Positions 1-16,894 are shown, counted from the first letter of the stretch. The stretch: 64,000 bases of DNA from Eledone cirrhosa (GCA_964016885.1 OZ024740.1:53196001-53260000); one strand, 5' to 3'. Notes: generated from the sequence alone by a model not told the origin. Translations and numbers: made by a program.

Positions 1-59
1 GAGAGGGCAATGTGTTTTACTGAGTGCTGGCTAGGAGGCTATCAAGTTTCTTAGCAAAG

Positions 60-1850
60 AACGAACGGATTTATTACATCCATACTGAGAGCTGGTGCCC
101 CAGGATTCCCATTATGTTTAAGGCATGCTTTGATGTTTTATAACCCTTGTTAAAGATAAATACCGGACCACCAGGCTGTTTTGTTTGACTTCGTAAAGGC
201 CTAGGTATCAGTCCCCAATGCGCTGATACATAAAGTATTAGTTTTCTGTTGCATTTCAAAACGTGTAGGCAGCTTCTAATTACTACCTTGAATTGGTAGC
301 AATGAGATTCACTACAAACGTTTGAAACCAAATAATATGCACTAAAATCTGTCCTGATGATGGAGTGCACCATTCCTCTTTGTGATGGCTATCGCGGTCG
401 TGCTGAGACGTGTAAGAAGTTGATCGGTAGGTATAAAAATAGGAGAATGCTTTGATGAATGGCATCACTGCTATTATGGAAACAAGGAAAGAAGCAAAAC
501 CTCCAAGAAAAATTATTCAATCAAAGTCGACTGCGCACCAGGCAAAGCTAAAACAAGTGTTAACTGCCATTGATAAAAGACTTTTGTAGGGAAGTTTAAG
601 GCGTGGTACAACAGTATGGTCTTTTACCGAAGCTGCTATTGCCCCTCCATGTCTACGTAATATCTTTGACAAGAATCGAGAAAATGGAGAGATAGGTGTT
701 AACAGTTTCTTTGGAAGATGGCTTAATCTCTTGCCAAACTGTACAAAAGAAGGTTTATAGCACTACTCTCACACTCCAACTAACTTTAACAGCTCTGATA
801 GAGGAATTAAAGAAGCAAAAGTTCATCGCCATATGATATTGCGTGATTCGGAGGAATCTATTTTCGCATAACCCAGCTATGTGGGATCATAGGCAGAAAA
901 TAGAAAATAAGAAAAGCGCAGAGGGAAGCAAATCAAGAAGGTAGTGATAGGCGTTATGCAGAACACATAGGTAGGAGAGGGACTAACACTGATAAAGTGG
1001 ATGTCCTGCCACAAAAAGGCAAGAAATTGTAATATGAAATTCGCCACATTGAGGATGAGTAGTATATGATCAGGTTAGTAAGGTGAGGGAGCCGATTTGT
1101 TTGGACATCATTGCAGGTAGCGGAACGAAGAAAGCTCTCATGAAACAGATTATGGAAAACGGCGCCGGTAAGGTTGCAGTTCCGGTTGAGAGCTGTGAAT
1201 GAAGTGCTACTATCCCCAGCCAGTATGAGATGGGGTTGGAGTAAAATAGAGCAATACAACTGATTGCCACGTCTGAGGAGGTTATACATCATTTAAAAAT
1301 GCTTTGGTACTTGTAAGCCATCCCTGACGAGGTAAGCCTGGTGGCATAGCGAAGTCCTGGGCGTCTCTGTTGAAAAGTCAATGCAAGGCAGTATCCTGTT
1401 GTCTTCCAAAAGGAGAGTATGAAAGGACAACGCAGAAAGTGGAATAAACATAAGATTCCTGCGAAATGTCAATGATTGGAAAATACATTCTGACTTGTAA
1501 AAAAGCGCTCGTATTCATAAGCCTCATTGCTTTAACATCACAACACCTGACCGTATGGTATGGTTCAATTTGGTAAGATGTCTTGATTGCTTGTTCATAG
1601 AGCTTTGGGAAGGAAGTATGGAGTGGACTCGTGAAGGAAAGCACAGAAAACAAGAAGAACTAGAGGAGTCATATGAGGGTTGGAAGATGGTATTGTACAT
1701 TGCTTCTAGTTGGGATGGCATGACGTAGATTTGTGGCTGGATCCATCATATCCCTACATGGCTGACATTGCACTCTGAAAGGAGAATAAAGAGCTGTTTC
1801 AAGAAATGGAGAGGGAAGCAGAAATGCTTCTTTGTGGATATGACAAAATA
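60..1850 (-). pseudogene. Highly decayed Penelope-like RT/endonuclease relics (possibly two fragments)
   Basis: Minus-strand scraps resemble PLE motifs: AM*G.MDPATNL near 1720-1770 (cf. AMGTRMGPSYANL) and VPRLKLPYKSLLSMAVNTCF near 550-620. Many stops and frameshifts, so the similarity is weak. Confidence 0.3.
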
Positions 1851-1859
1851 GCGATGGTA

Positions 1860-1864
<5 letters not shown>

Positions 1865-1905
<41 letters not shown>

Positions 1906-2050
1906 TACACACACACACATACACACACACATATACATACACAAACACACACATATATACATACACACACATAGACATATACAAACACACACATACACAC
2001 ACACACAGACATATACAAACACACACATATACACACACACATAGACATAT

Positions 2051-2083
<33 letters not shown>

Positions 2084-2410
2084 AACACACATATCAGTCT
2101 GTGTGTGTAAAGCTTTATTCAAAGCTGCGTTTGCGGTGTTTTCTTTAGTAGTGTTGAAGATTTCAGTACATTGAGTTTATTGCCAGTCTGGACCAATAAA
2201 TCATAATTTCTCTTACCTCTTTCTCTCGACACACACAAACACTCTCTCACACACACACACACATAAACACACAGACACCCACGCACACACACACACACAC
2301 ACAAATACACACACATATGCACTCACATACACATACATACATACACACATACAGGCAAACACACACACAGTCAGGCACACAAACACATATATGTGTACAC
2401 ATATATACAT
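1865..2410. repeat. (CA)n and degenerate CA/TA microsatellite blocks
   Basis: Directly visible dinucleotide runs at about 1865-2095 and 2230-2410. Confidence 0.95.
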
Positions 2411-4039
2411 AAACTAAGAGAAATACCGACAAATACTTTCATGTGTATGTATGCCATTTTCTCATTGCTTTAAAGTCACTTCTGAATTATTTCACCGTTA
2501 ACTCCCCTTGTTTCATCTGAGCGCTATTACATTTTTAGGAATTTTTTTCTGCGTATCTCAATCATTCCAAATTTTAATTTCATTAGAATATGTTCAGCTG
2601 ACAATAATACAGTTTTAGAGAAACATAAAATTAAGTGTCTGTTGGATGTAGTGAATAAGTTTTAAACTTTATTTTTCTGTTAGATAGATTAATAGATAAA
2701 CTTGGTTATCTCCCTTGCTTTGAAACTTAGATGCGCTTCATAAATATTTCTCGCCGCCATAATTGTCATTGAACGCTTCTGTTCTGAAGACTACTACAAT
2801 GAAACTACTGCTGCATTTTACTTTGGCTGTTTTCTATATAACTGCCACACATTAATGTGCGTACGCACACAAACGCACGCGCGCGCACGCGCGCGCACAC
2901 GTGCACATTAGTTTCTTCATTCGTATGATTAAGGTTTTTATATGCTATTAAATTACTCAATTCGTTAGAGTGTAATTCTGTTTGAAAGAGAAAAAATACC
3001 GCAAATCAGCCCATCTGACTCTATAACTAATCCGCTGAAATGGTACTTTATTAATTTATTACATTATTAAGAGATTTAAACATCATTTTACTATTTTTAC
3101 GGAGTAATTATAAAATGTTGGTTCACATCCTTCAACCTTACTTTATATAATCGCTAAGTCAGTGTTGACATTAGTTCAGTTCTCACGAGCGTTAAACAAT
3201 TTTGTATTTCATTCGCAGGGTTTTTCTATAAACTTACAATTAAGTACTGAGTCACCACTCCCTTTCTTTTCTCTCTCTTTCTTTCCATTGCTCTCTTTCA
3301 TACAAACACACACATATACATTGTTCTCTGTCTCTACCCCCCTCTCTCCCTTTGAATCGCCTATGACGCTCATTGTGCGTGGGAAACCATTCCCAGTATC
3401 CCTTCTCAATGAATGGTGATGGGGTGAGCGAAGGGCAAGCAGCATCTCGTTACAAAATAACCCGATATGCTACAGAAACCATCCAGTGATGATCCGATGC
3501 GCAGTGCCTTACTTGCACACAGTTTTAGTTAATGTGCGTCGCTGTTCAATGCTGTAATTTAAACAATATTCTAATATTTGTATTGACTAATTATATTTTT
3601 TGCTTACATCCGTGAAACTTATGTCATATAATATTAAAGTAAGTATTAATATCGTGACGATCTGAGTTCAATTCTTACTGTGAACAACTTTCCATTACAG
3701 TATTATGGTATTAGATCAAGTCGGTATCAATTTATAAACTTTTACCGCCCCTATAAACTTTCTAACCCTGTGTGTATGTTAAAACAATTATCGTTTATTA
3801 TAGAGCATGGTAGAAAAGATCAAGCGATGGCTAGAATACGTTCTGAGTTCAAATCTCAATGGCGTCAATAAAAGAAAATACCACTCAAATACTAAGGATT
3901 TTCTCCGAGCCTATGTTAAAAACAATTATTATCGAATTTGGATTATATTTATTACGGTGCATTCTATGATGTGTGTTTGAGTGTGTATATAACAGCAACA
4001 GCAGCATCGCACCAGATTCGTGGGCAGTAGTTCGTTTTT

Positions 4040-4500
4040 AAATCTCAATTAAGCTTCGTAGTGGGTTAGCAGTTATTAGAAGATTACGTATTTTATTGAT
4101 GCAGTGTTTGCAGTGTTGAATAGGCGTGTTCGTCAGAGGAGATAGTAAACCATGAGAAGGTCTAGACTTTGTAGCGACGTAGCGGATTATAGTTATGTGT
4201 TGTTTATATTTATATGATGAGGGCAATAATATATTCTTGGGATGCACAATGTATGTATCTTTGTGTTGGAGACAACACTGCCCTGAACCCATTGGAGGAT
4301 GTTTGTATGTCTCTGTTCGCGGAGTCAGTGCAGGTTTATCGACAGGCGTGTAGGTAGCATGTGAACGACACTTGGATGCGGAAGGCGAGGGAGGAATGAA
4401 AGGTGATCTTAGCTGTGTAGGAGTAATTGTTGTTAGAAGTGACACCTAGCTGGACGTTGATGTATAGAAAGAAACGTGTGGTGGGGACAAAATTGAATCG
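4040..4500 (-). mobile_element. Dispersed repeat fragment, possibly a LINE 5' region; related copy at about 29500-29950
   Basis: Shares the motif ttgatgtatag.a.gaaacgtgtggtg with about 29915-29940. Lies next to the LINE at 4600 in the opposite orientation. Confidence 0.35.
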
Positions 4501-4599
4501 CGTTGCACAGCAAAGTTGATATATTGTGCGTTAAAGAGATGTCTATGAGTATACACCATGATGGTGAAATCTAGCACTACTCTAATCTCTACATTTCTA

Positions 4600-6790
4600 C
4601 TCAATGTACAAAATGTCAGCCCTTCCATGAAATACACAAAAATCTAAAAAAGCCATTTCATTGAGGATTAAGTTGGTAAGCATCCACACCACATCCCTTG
4701 TGGAACTGCCATTTTCCTGCATGATTCCTTTAAGGCAGACGGAAATATCACATTTTCCAATGGGTACTGTGAATCAGTCACCGGGCATAACTGCGCTTTA
4801 AAGTGTCTCAACAGCTTTAAATGTTTTATACAACAGTGCCATTCTTGTAACATACATATGATGGGAGACTTTAATCTACCCTGTGTTGATTGATCTACAA
4901 ACATTTTGAAACCAGGCATTTCCACCTCAACCACAGACAAAGCAGCAGTAGAATTACTTCTCGATTTTATGAATGAGTTTTTCTTGTCCCAACCTGTCTT
5001 TGCACAAACACGATACCAGAAAAATATTTTGGACCTAGTGTTTAGTAACCATACTAACACTATACATGGTATTACAGTAGAAATAACCATTCTTTTCGAC
5101 CTTGATATGGCTCTCTGTAACTTGAGATTCCACCAGCCGAAAGTTAAACCCAATGACCTCTCTCCAGCCCACTCATTTGATAATATGGATCTTTATAATG
5201 CCAACTGGGATGCAATCACTAACGAGCTATCACATGTTGACTTGTCTTACACACACGCACATATCTCCACAAACATCAAAGCATCTTTGCATATATTGGT
5301 AGACACTATCACAAACAAATGTGTAAAACCTACCCAACCAAGACCTGTGAACAAAACTAAGTGAAGAATCTCCTCAAGCAGAAAAACTATTATCAGAAAA
5401 ATAAAAAGAACAACAAAATTCAACAAACTAAAATACTGCCAACAGCAACACACACATTCGACTGCTACCGCACTGCTCGAATCAAAAATATACAGCCTCC
5501 AACAATGAATGAAGACCAATATCAAAAACCAAAGAACAGGTGAGGAAAAATAGGCCATTGAGAAAATCAAACTCAATCCCAAAGTGTTCGTTTCATTTGT
5601 GAAGAAACAAAAGTTCGCTGTCTAACCGCTTGCCCTCTGATTGATGAAAATGGCCCCCTGCAAGACAATGCTAAAACCATAGGTGAGATTATGCGGAAAC
5701 AATACTGCTCTGTTTTCAGCAATCTTGATATCGTGATCTCTGGGCTGTATCAGTGATGTTAATCCCCAAAGCACTATATCGGACATAACGTTTGGCGCCT
5801 CTGACGTCTTAGCGGCAACGAAATTAAACACAATTCAGCAGTAAGCCCCAATAGGTTCCCTGCTTGTGTCCTGAAGGTGTGTCCACACCAACTTGCATAT
5901 CCTCTAGCAATCTAGCAAATCTGTGGAGTAACCCACTGGACGCTGGCTATATACTTGAACACTTTCTGTCTGTTGTCCCACTTTTCAAAAGGGGTAAATA
6001 AGTTCCTTGAAGTGAATTACCGTTCGATCGCATTCACCTCTCATATCATTAACATATTTGAGAGGGTGGTGAGATCACGAATAACTCACTTTCTTGAAAG
6101 CAACAGTCTGCTGAACTCAAGCCAATATGGAACAGACTGCCTAACGCAGCTCCTGCATCGATTTCATCTACCTTGATTTCAGTAAGGCCTTTCACAGGGT
6201 TGATCACAACATTCTACCAAAAACACTATCCGACATTGGTGTCTCTGGAATTTTACTTCAATGGATCAAGTGTTTCCTGACAAACAGAGCGCAGCATATT
6301 GTAGTCAAAGTAGTACAATGAAGCCCAGCCAAAGTCAGTAGTGGCGTTCCACAATGCACTGTGTTGGGCTTACCTTTTCATTATCTATATAAATGACATT
6401 ACTGACGCCATGAAGCAGAGAAACATCTCTGCAGATGATTTCCAGCTCTAGAAGGTCATCAATGGGTAGGTGATCAGACATGCTTTCAATCAGATCTACT
6501 TGCTGTTATCCAATGGCCGGAAAAAAACAAATGATGTTGAATAAGGATAAATTCGAATTAATCCACTTTGGATGCACTGAAACTTCTATATTCCCTTTCC
6601 TCAGGTGAAACCCTCGTGACATCCAACAACATCAAATATCTGAGAGTAAATGTTGATTACCACATAGGCTGGGCCGTTCATATCAACAGCAAAGTTGACA
6701 TGGCCCGCCGAATGTATTCCTGGATTTTCAGAATTTTCCAGTCGAGAGATATCCACACTATTATCCTACTACTAATATGCTTAAAATGAT
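4600..6790 (+). mobile_element. Decayed CR1/L2-like LINE ORF2 (APE endonuclease + RT)
   Basis: Ordered motifs MGDFNLP (4861), NILDLVFSN, NYRSIAFTSHIINIFERVV, YLDFSKAFHRVDHNIL (about 6170), SGVPQCTVLG (about 6340) and ADDF (about 6430), with stops and frameshifts. Confidence 0.88.
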
Positions 6791-7277
6791 AACATAGTGA
6801 TGCATAATTATTCCATGCTACTGTAAGAACTTGAAAGCCATTTAGTTCCTAGCACTCTTCCATATGTTATAAATCTGTTCATCTAGATATGCTAATTTTT
6901 ATTTAGTTCTTAGGAGATAGACTGTATAAAAAGCACGAAAAATAAAACAACAAAAAACGAACATCATGTAATGCAGGGATTTTATTTGCTAATAACTGTT
7001 CCAATCGACGATTTAAGCAACAGTTACTGCCACCATCATTGGTAAATTATATTTTGATCAAATCCATTCTTAGAAAAACATGTAAGTAAATATTTATTAT
7101 TGTTTTTACTATTGTATCTGGCAATTCTATAATTCATGAATACAAAATATGGATCATCTGACTTCATCATTTCGTATTTAAAATAGACAATCACACTAGT
7201 TTACTGCTGAGAGTAGTAACTCCTTCATTAGAATGGTAACTTTCCCTTTTATTTCAAAGACACGTTCGCAGATTTTC

Positions 7278-7463
<186 letters not shown>

Positions 7464-8210
7464 TATGTGTGTAATCAAAGCAAAAGAGAAATCCTTGTGT
7501 GTGCGTGCTGGATACAAAACAGACAGTGCTAGAGGATAAATATATCTTTATACACAACACACACGTTAAGACAATATGTGTTGATGGATTTAGAAAATAT
7601 TCTTTGATATTATATTCTAAGGAGTTAATAAAACAGTGGGAAAGTGCAAGAGGAATAGTTAATGAAAGAAAGAGGGAAGTTTTGATAAGAGAACGGGGAG
7701 AGATGATGTGTAGTAAACAGACAGAAAGAGACACGAATTCTATACTTACAAGTTTCTAAAAGTTTTTAGACTATCACCGCTGAGAGATACATACACAAAG
7801 AAAGGAATCCAAGAAATCCAAGTGTGTGGATGCTTTAAAAAATAGACACTACCAGAAAAAGAAGTGTTCTTGCATAACACATACTTTAAAACACTATGTG
7901 TTGATAGATTTCAATAGATATTCTTTGTCATACATTTTAAGTTGATAATGAGACAATAGTCACTATGAAAAAGAGAAGTAGTGACAGGTAAATCTAAGAG
8001 CAAATGATGCATTATCACATTTGTTGTAGCATGTCATGATAGGCTATAACCTTCGTTGAGCATGTAATGCATTTTTGAATCCAACATACCTTTGCATGCT
8101 TGTGTGTGAGAGAGAAATATATATATATATATGTATATATTTCTCCCCCCCCCCATTCTCAACACTTTGTACTGCCTCTTCGCTTTGTTTTTTTTTTGTT
8201 TTCTGTTTTA

Positions 8211-8290
<80 letters not shown>

Positions 8291-8575
8291 GAACACTGGT
8301 GGGTTATATCCGACAGGTTTGCGGTCAAAGGCCGTGGCAGTGGAGACTTATGGTGTCCTTGGTCACTATAATTCTCCACTGCACAGCAATACCACCATCG
8401 ACACAGAGTTAGCTACACGTAAATATGAGCCTCGTGAGCTGGAATAACTCTTCCAACCCGTCTCCCTCACCATCCTCCTGGAAAAAGTTTTCTCTATTCT
8501 GTCCAGTGCTTGCTCACAATAGAGAGAGATGGGAAGAGCGGGAAAGACGGAGGCAGTGACAGTGGGAGTTTGAAA

Positions 8576-8622
8576 ACAATCAACAATATTGTTTCGGAGT
8601 GTTTGCTCCTTATCAAGATTGT
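8576..8622 (-). ncRNA. Type I hammerhead ribozyme with U3-A8 core variant
   Basis: Minus strand ACAAUC-UUGAUAA-GGAG caaaca CUCC-GAAA-CAAUAUUG-UU/GAUUGU: 6-bp stem I, 4-bp stem II, palindromic stem III. Lies at the end of a TA-flanked island (8288-8628). Confidence 0.7.
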
Positions 8623-8633
8623 GTATCATATAT

Positions 8634-8666
<33 letters not shown>

Positions 8667-8724
8667 GAATATCGAATAAGTAAAAGCGAAGTAGTTTCAG
8701 ATGTTCAAGTCCTTTAATTATAAT

Positions 8725-8798
8725 GCTGTGATATATATTTCAATAACGACACTGGCCACACTGTTCTGTGTGCGAGTGTCGTGACATCATCAGACAGC
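8725..8798 (-). ncRNA. Type I hammerhead ribozyme (long stem II, AUC site)
   Basis: GCUGU-CUGAUGA-U-GUCACGACACU...AGUGUCGUUAU-U-GAAA-UAUAUA-UC/ACAGC, inside a TA-flanked island (8666-8803). Confidence 0.78.
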
Positions 8799-8801
8799 TT
8801 G

Positions 8802-8864
<63 letters not shown>

Positions 8865-9292
8865 AATTTTGCAGGTTACCATGTACAATGTGTTTTTTTT
8901 TTTTTCTTTAATGCTTGCTTTAGCCCAGTATTTGATATGGAGTCTATTTTTATTATTCTTTGAATTTGATAAATTTTGTTTCTTCACATATCTTGAAAAA
9001 ATGCAGTCATATGTATTATGTATTGTGTTAATAATTACTAAATAATTATTTCCGATTGTTTTCGCATGCATGTACTATTGTAAACTATATTGAAACGGAT
9101 GTTGAAATTAAACAATGGATTTAAGTGGTTAACCGTGGTCTGTTTTCTGCTACCCGAAATATCCTCAACAACAAGACTTTTTCGAAGATTTTGTTCGCCT
9201 CTTTTAAATTCCCTTTGAGCTGAAGATTTTAGTGTGCTTCGTTTCTTTCACCCTACCAAAATTAATAGTGGAATACGCCACTATAATCACTT

Positions 9293-9295
<3 letters not shown>

Positions 9296-9384
<89 letters not shown>
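9296..9384. repeat. (CT)n microsatellite
   Basis: Directly visible run. Confidence 0.98.
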
Positions 9385-9385
<1 letters not shown>

Positions 9386-9389
9386 AACC

Positions 9390-9421
<32 letters not shown>

Positions 9422-9465
9422 TATATATATATATATATATAAACCTATATATATATATATATAAA

Positions 9466-9503
<38 letters not shown>

Positions 9504-9589
9504 TATATATATATATATATAAACCTATATATATATATAAACCTATATATATATATATAAACCTATATATATATATATATATATATATA

Positions 9590-9673
<84 letters not shown>

Positions 9674-9955
9674 CCTATATATATATATATATATATATAA
9701 ACCTATATATATATATGTAAGTATGCATGTATACGTACATACATATATGTATACAGACGTACAGTAGCATGCACATATATATATATATATACATATATAC
9801 ATACATATGCATACAGGTACACATACATATATGCACGTATCAGTTTAGCGGCGCTAACGTCGCTTTGTTCGTTTGTAAACAAACTGAACAGCCTGAATTT
9901 ATGCCATACGGTGTTAAGGCAACCACGTCACCTTTTTGTTCAACACTGACACGGG

Positions 9956-10000
9956 AACGATGTACTAGTTTCAAGCTTGTTAGCTATCATCAGCACCGTT
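9956..10000 (-). ncRNA. Type I hammerhead ribozyme (family B, inverted copy)
   Basis: Reverse complement of 10255-10299. Confidence 0.85.
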
Positions 10001-10254
10001 TACCCATCTGCCAGATAGTTGAACGTTCGAAAGTATATACATATATGTATGTACGTATACATGCATACTTACATTTAAGTAAGTGCCATACTAAGAGTGA
10101 GAAATGAAATTTCGTTTTCATTTTGTTTCAATTTATCGTTTTCGGTATGCCTGACCGATTTAACTCACTCAATATGCAAATTAGGCTGCTCAGCCGTTAA
10201 TTTTCATAAGGAAAGTATATACTTTCGAACGTTCAACTATCTGGCAGATGGGTA

Positions 10255-10299
10255 AACGGTGCTGATGATAGCTAACAAGCTTGAAACTAGTACATCGTT
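10255..10299 (+). ncRNA. Type I hammerhead ribozyme (family B)
   Basis: AACGGUG-CUGAUGA-U-AGCU aaca AGCU-U-GAAA-CUAG-UA/CAUCGUU: 7-bp stem I, palindromic ACUAGU stem III, predicted cut after 10292. Confidence 0.85.
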
Positions 10300-10596
10300 C
10301 CCGTGTCAGTGTTGAACAAAAAGGTGACGTGGTTGCCTTAACACCGTATGGCATAAATTCAGGCTGTTCAGTTTGTTTACAAACGAACAAAGCGACGTTA
10401 GCGCCGCTAAACTGATACATGCATATATGTATGTGTACCTGTATGCATATGTATGTATATATGTATATATATATATATATGTGCATGCTACTGTACGTCT
10501 GTATACATATATGTATGTACGTATACATGCATACTTACATTTAAGTAAGTGCCATACCAAGAGTGAGAAATGAAATTTCGTTTTCATTTTGTTTCA

Positions 10597-10904
<308 letters not shown>

Positions 10905-10958
10905 TATATATATATATATATATATAAACCTATATATATATATATATATATATATAAA

Positions 10959-10994
<36 letters not shown>

Positions 10995-11038
10995 TATATA
11001 TATATATATATAAACATATATATATATATATATATACC

Positions 11039-12060
<1,022 letters not shown>

Positions 12061-12083
12061 ATATATATATATATATATAAACC

Positions 12084-12342
12084 TAAAATAAAGTTAAATA
12101 AAAGTCAAATGATTAAAATTTAGCTTCGTTTATGACTGCTATATATATTTCAGTGACAGCCATCTGTGGCTGTCACTGAAATATATATAGCAGTAATAAA
12201 CGAAGCTAAATTTTAATCATTTGACTTTTATTTAACTTTATTTTACACTACTCCGGAGTAACCAAACCAACCTGCGCACTTCGTCGAGTGCTCCAGCCTG
12301 CATACTGAGGTGTTGGTATACAACCAACATAAACTCAAAATC
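12084..12342 (+). mobile_element. Fold-back palindrome (12084-12245) plus tail, carrying the 3' half of an HHR
   Basis: About 79-bp near-perfect arms around a TCTG loop (12163-12166). GAAA-UAUAUA-UA follows the central stem. Confidence 0.75.
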
Positions 12343-12371
12343 TATATATAAAACCTATATATATATATAAA

Positions 12372-12425
<54 letters not shown>

Positions 12426-12428
12426 ATC

Positions 12429-12479
12429 AGATTCCTGATGATTTCTAAAGAATGAAACAGTTCTAGTCCTGTAGAATCT
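12429..12479 (+). ncRNA. Type I hammerhead ribozyme (family C), nearly the whole insertion
   Basis: AGAUUC-CUGAUGA-U-UUC uaaa GAA-U-GAAA-CAG uucuaguc CUG-UA/GAAUCU. Truncated minus-strand relatives at about 17122-17192, 17735-17793 and 22088-22154. Confidence 0.8.
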
Positions 12480-12539
12480 CATCTATATTAAAACTATATA
12501 TATATATATATATATAAACCTATATATATATATATAAAC

Positions 12540-12863
<324 letters not shown>

Positions 12864-12880
12864 ATATATATATATATATA

Positions 12881-12921
<41 letters not shown>

Positions 12922-12948
12922 ATATATATATATATATATATATATATA

Positions 12949-12988
<40 letters not shown>

Positions 12989-12994
12989 TTTATA

Positions 12995-13035
<41 letters not shown>

Positions 13036-13088
13036 ATATATATATATATATATATATACAAACATATATATATATATATATATATATA

Positions 13089-13136
<48 letters not shown>

Positions 13137-13164
13137 AACATATATATATATATATATATATATA

Positions 13165-13212
<48 letters not shown>

Positions 13213-13240
13213 AACATATATATATATATATATATATATA

Positions 13241-13311
<71 letters not shown>

Positions 13312-13732
13312 ATATAAATACATACATATATATAGTCAAAGAAATCATTGTTATCTTGACATAGATCACGGGATATACATAGTTCGTTTTTATTATCGAA
13401 TATCATTTGGAAACTAATCGATAAAAAGAAAAAAAAAAAAATAGAAATAGGAAAAAAGGACTGCCGTTAGCCAAGCAGTTTTCGCCGCTAAATTTTTCGT
13501 TCTGTTTCTTTGTTCCTATTTATGTATTTCATTGTTTGGTGCGTTTATATTCTTTGCTTTCTAAATAAATACGAACATTCTGATGATACACACGATACAA
13601 TTGTTGATATTTATTTACAAGTGATCAAATGAATTGGAAATACATATTATCATCTAAGGAACGAGACATCGTACTCCCCTACCCTCGCCCATGCTGATTA
13701 TCTCTGACTCACTCAGGCACTCACCCACGAAC

Positions 13733-13774
<42 letters not shown>

Positions 13775-13780
<6 letters not shown>

Positions 13781-13847
13781 TAACAGATTAAAGTTTAAAC
13801 AAAGAATCGGTGCTTTCACCCTTAACGGGATCTTCTGAAACTAACAT
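13775..13847 (-). mobile_element. Family E HHR-like fragment (CAGAAGA core)
   Basis: Reverse complement matches 38908-38980. Other family pieces at about 14178-14298, 58642-58860 and 58945-59041. Confidence 0.65.
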
Positions 13848-13849
13848 GT

Positions 13850-14798
<949 letters not shown>

Positions 14799-14973
14799 CA
14801 GGGTGTCCCCCAAAGATGTATACGTTGATTACCTGTATAAAAATGTGTTTATACATGTATTTGTGTGTACAAATATATGTGTATACATATGGATCTGTAT
14901 ATATGTACATATATATATATATATAAAGGCTGGAATTAGCTATAAATATATATATGAGAGAGAGAGAGAGAGG

Positions 14974-15044
<71 letters not shown>

Positions 15045-15133
15045 CTGTGCGCGTATGGGGTGTTCCAGAAAATGTATACATATATATTTCAGAATGCTGT
15101 TGAAGTGTGTACACATTTTCGCTGGACACCCTG
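14799..15133. mobile_element. Tc1/mariner-type MITE
   Basis: TIRs CAGGGTGTCC ... GGACACCCTG flanked by TA on both sides, with an additional degenerate left TIR near 15056. Confidence 0.65.
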
Positions 15134-15400
15134 TATATGCGTGTTCATTTGACATTATGCATGTATATATATATATATGTGTGTGTATATAAATATTTAT
15201 ATAGTTGGAATAATGACAAGACAAACACGGAGATGCAAAACTGAAATATCTTAATAGCATAACGCCTCTGTGTGTGTGTGTATGCATATATGTATATGGC
15301 ATAGTATATATGTCACAAGAAAGCACAGCCATAAAATAACGCTTATACATCTATATTTGTATATTTGATATAGTTTTTCTTCCTTACACACACACACGCT

Positions 15401-15436
<36 letters not shown>

Positions 15437-15765
15437 AATATATACATATGCATTTATATATATATATATGTGTGTGTATATATATATATATGTATATACA
15501 TATGGGTGCATGTATATATACATATATTTATAAGCATAACCTGGACATTATTTTCCTAACTTGTAGAAAACTTATAATGAAACGATCGTTTAGAAGGAGG
15601 GGTGTATTTACTTATGTCTCATAAAATAATACAACTAGCTTTCCGCAAAATACCTATAGTTAGCACCGCAAACGTATAATTGTGATTATACTAAGGTATA
15701 TCCTAATGTTTGTTGAGTGAGACGGAAGTCGGTCGGAGTATTGCTTAAAGCTTTCTCTGTTAATG

Positions 15766-15802
<37 letters not shown>

Positions 15803-16258
15803 CAAAACGTCGTCCCCGACCCCCAATTTTCAAGCGTTAACCAAATACTAACACTGTTTGTACTGCACTCTTCGTTATTGTTTTTGCTTTTTGTTTTAAA
15901 TTATAGTAAGTTAAACTTGTAGTATGTTTCAAATATAGTAATAATAAATATATAAATATACATATATGTGTATGTGTATTGGTTCAATAATCCTCGTTGG
16001 TTGATCTAAGAAATCAACTGGGGTGTAATGAAGCATAGGCACACCAACACCACGTCATGGATATCTATGGTATCTATGAAGGTATTACATGTGTTATCCG
16101 ACGGTGTCTCGTGATTAAGTTAGAAGAGGCGGTTTTACATTTTATTCTTCTACTTAATGTCTTACGTAACACCTACTATTACATAGACATTTTATATAAT
16201 TCACATATATATATAAATATATATAAATATATATCAATATCTATCTATCTCGGTATAA

Positions 16259-16290
<32 letters not shown>

Positions 16291-16291
<1 letters not shown>

Positions 16292-16483
16292 GGAAAAGAG
16301 TCACGACCCTGACGGCTGAGCTCCGGCCGTTTTGACAGCTAGATTCGAACTAGCTGTCGAAACGGCCGGAGCTCAGCCGTCGGAGTTCCGAGTCTTTTCC
16401 TATTACCCACTCTACTACCCTAAGTATCGAGGAGTAATCTGATGCGTTATGGTCCACCTGGTTCCTTACCACACTTTCTTTGT
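16291..16483 (+). mobile_element. Family A palindromic element
   Basis: Inverted arms 16291-16401 then the family tail. Contains GAAAC-GGC cggagctca GCC-GTC. Confidence 0.85.
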
Positions 16484-16851
16484 TATATATATATATATAT
16501 ATATATATACATACTCTTTTACTGTTCTACCTGCTCCAGCCATCCGGCTGAGGCCATGTTGGGGCACCGCCCTTGTTTCAGACCAGCCACCGGGTGTATA
16601 TATATATATATATACATGAAGACATACAAATATACTCACGCATATACAAACATACATATATATATATACGTATGTATGTGTGTGTTTGTGTGTGATGTTG
16701 AAGCACACGAGAATGCGTACTCATTACTGAAATAGGGCTTAATAATATTCTTTGCAATGGCTAAGTGGTGAATCTAGTTTTCTAGATTTTCACCTGTATA
16801 CTAACAGGATCATGAGGCAAATCATGCTTGATTATCATGTGAGTACACATC

Positions 16852-16894
<43 letters not shown>

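Noticed and set aside
350-420. CTGATGA ... GAGACGTGTA motif
   Set aside because: GAAA is broken and stem I is not formable.
13575-13655. CTGATGA ... GAAATACATATT as a hammerhead
   Set aside because: No convincing stem I or stem II.
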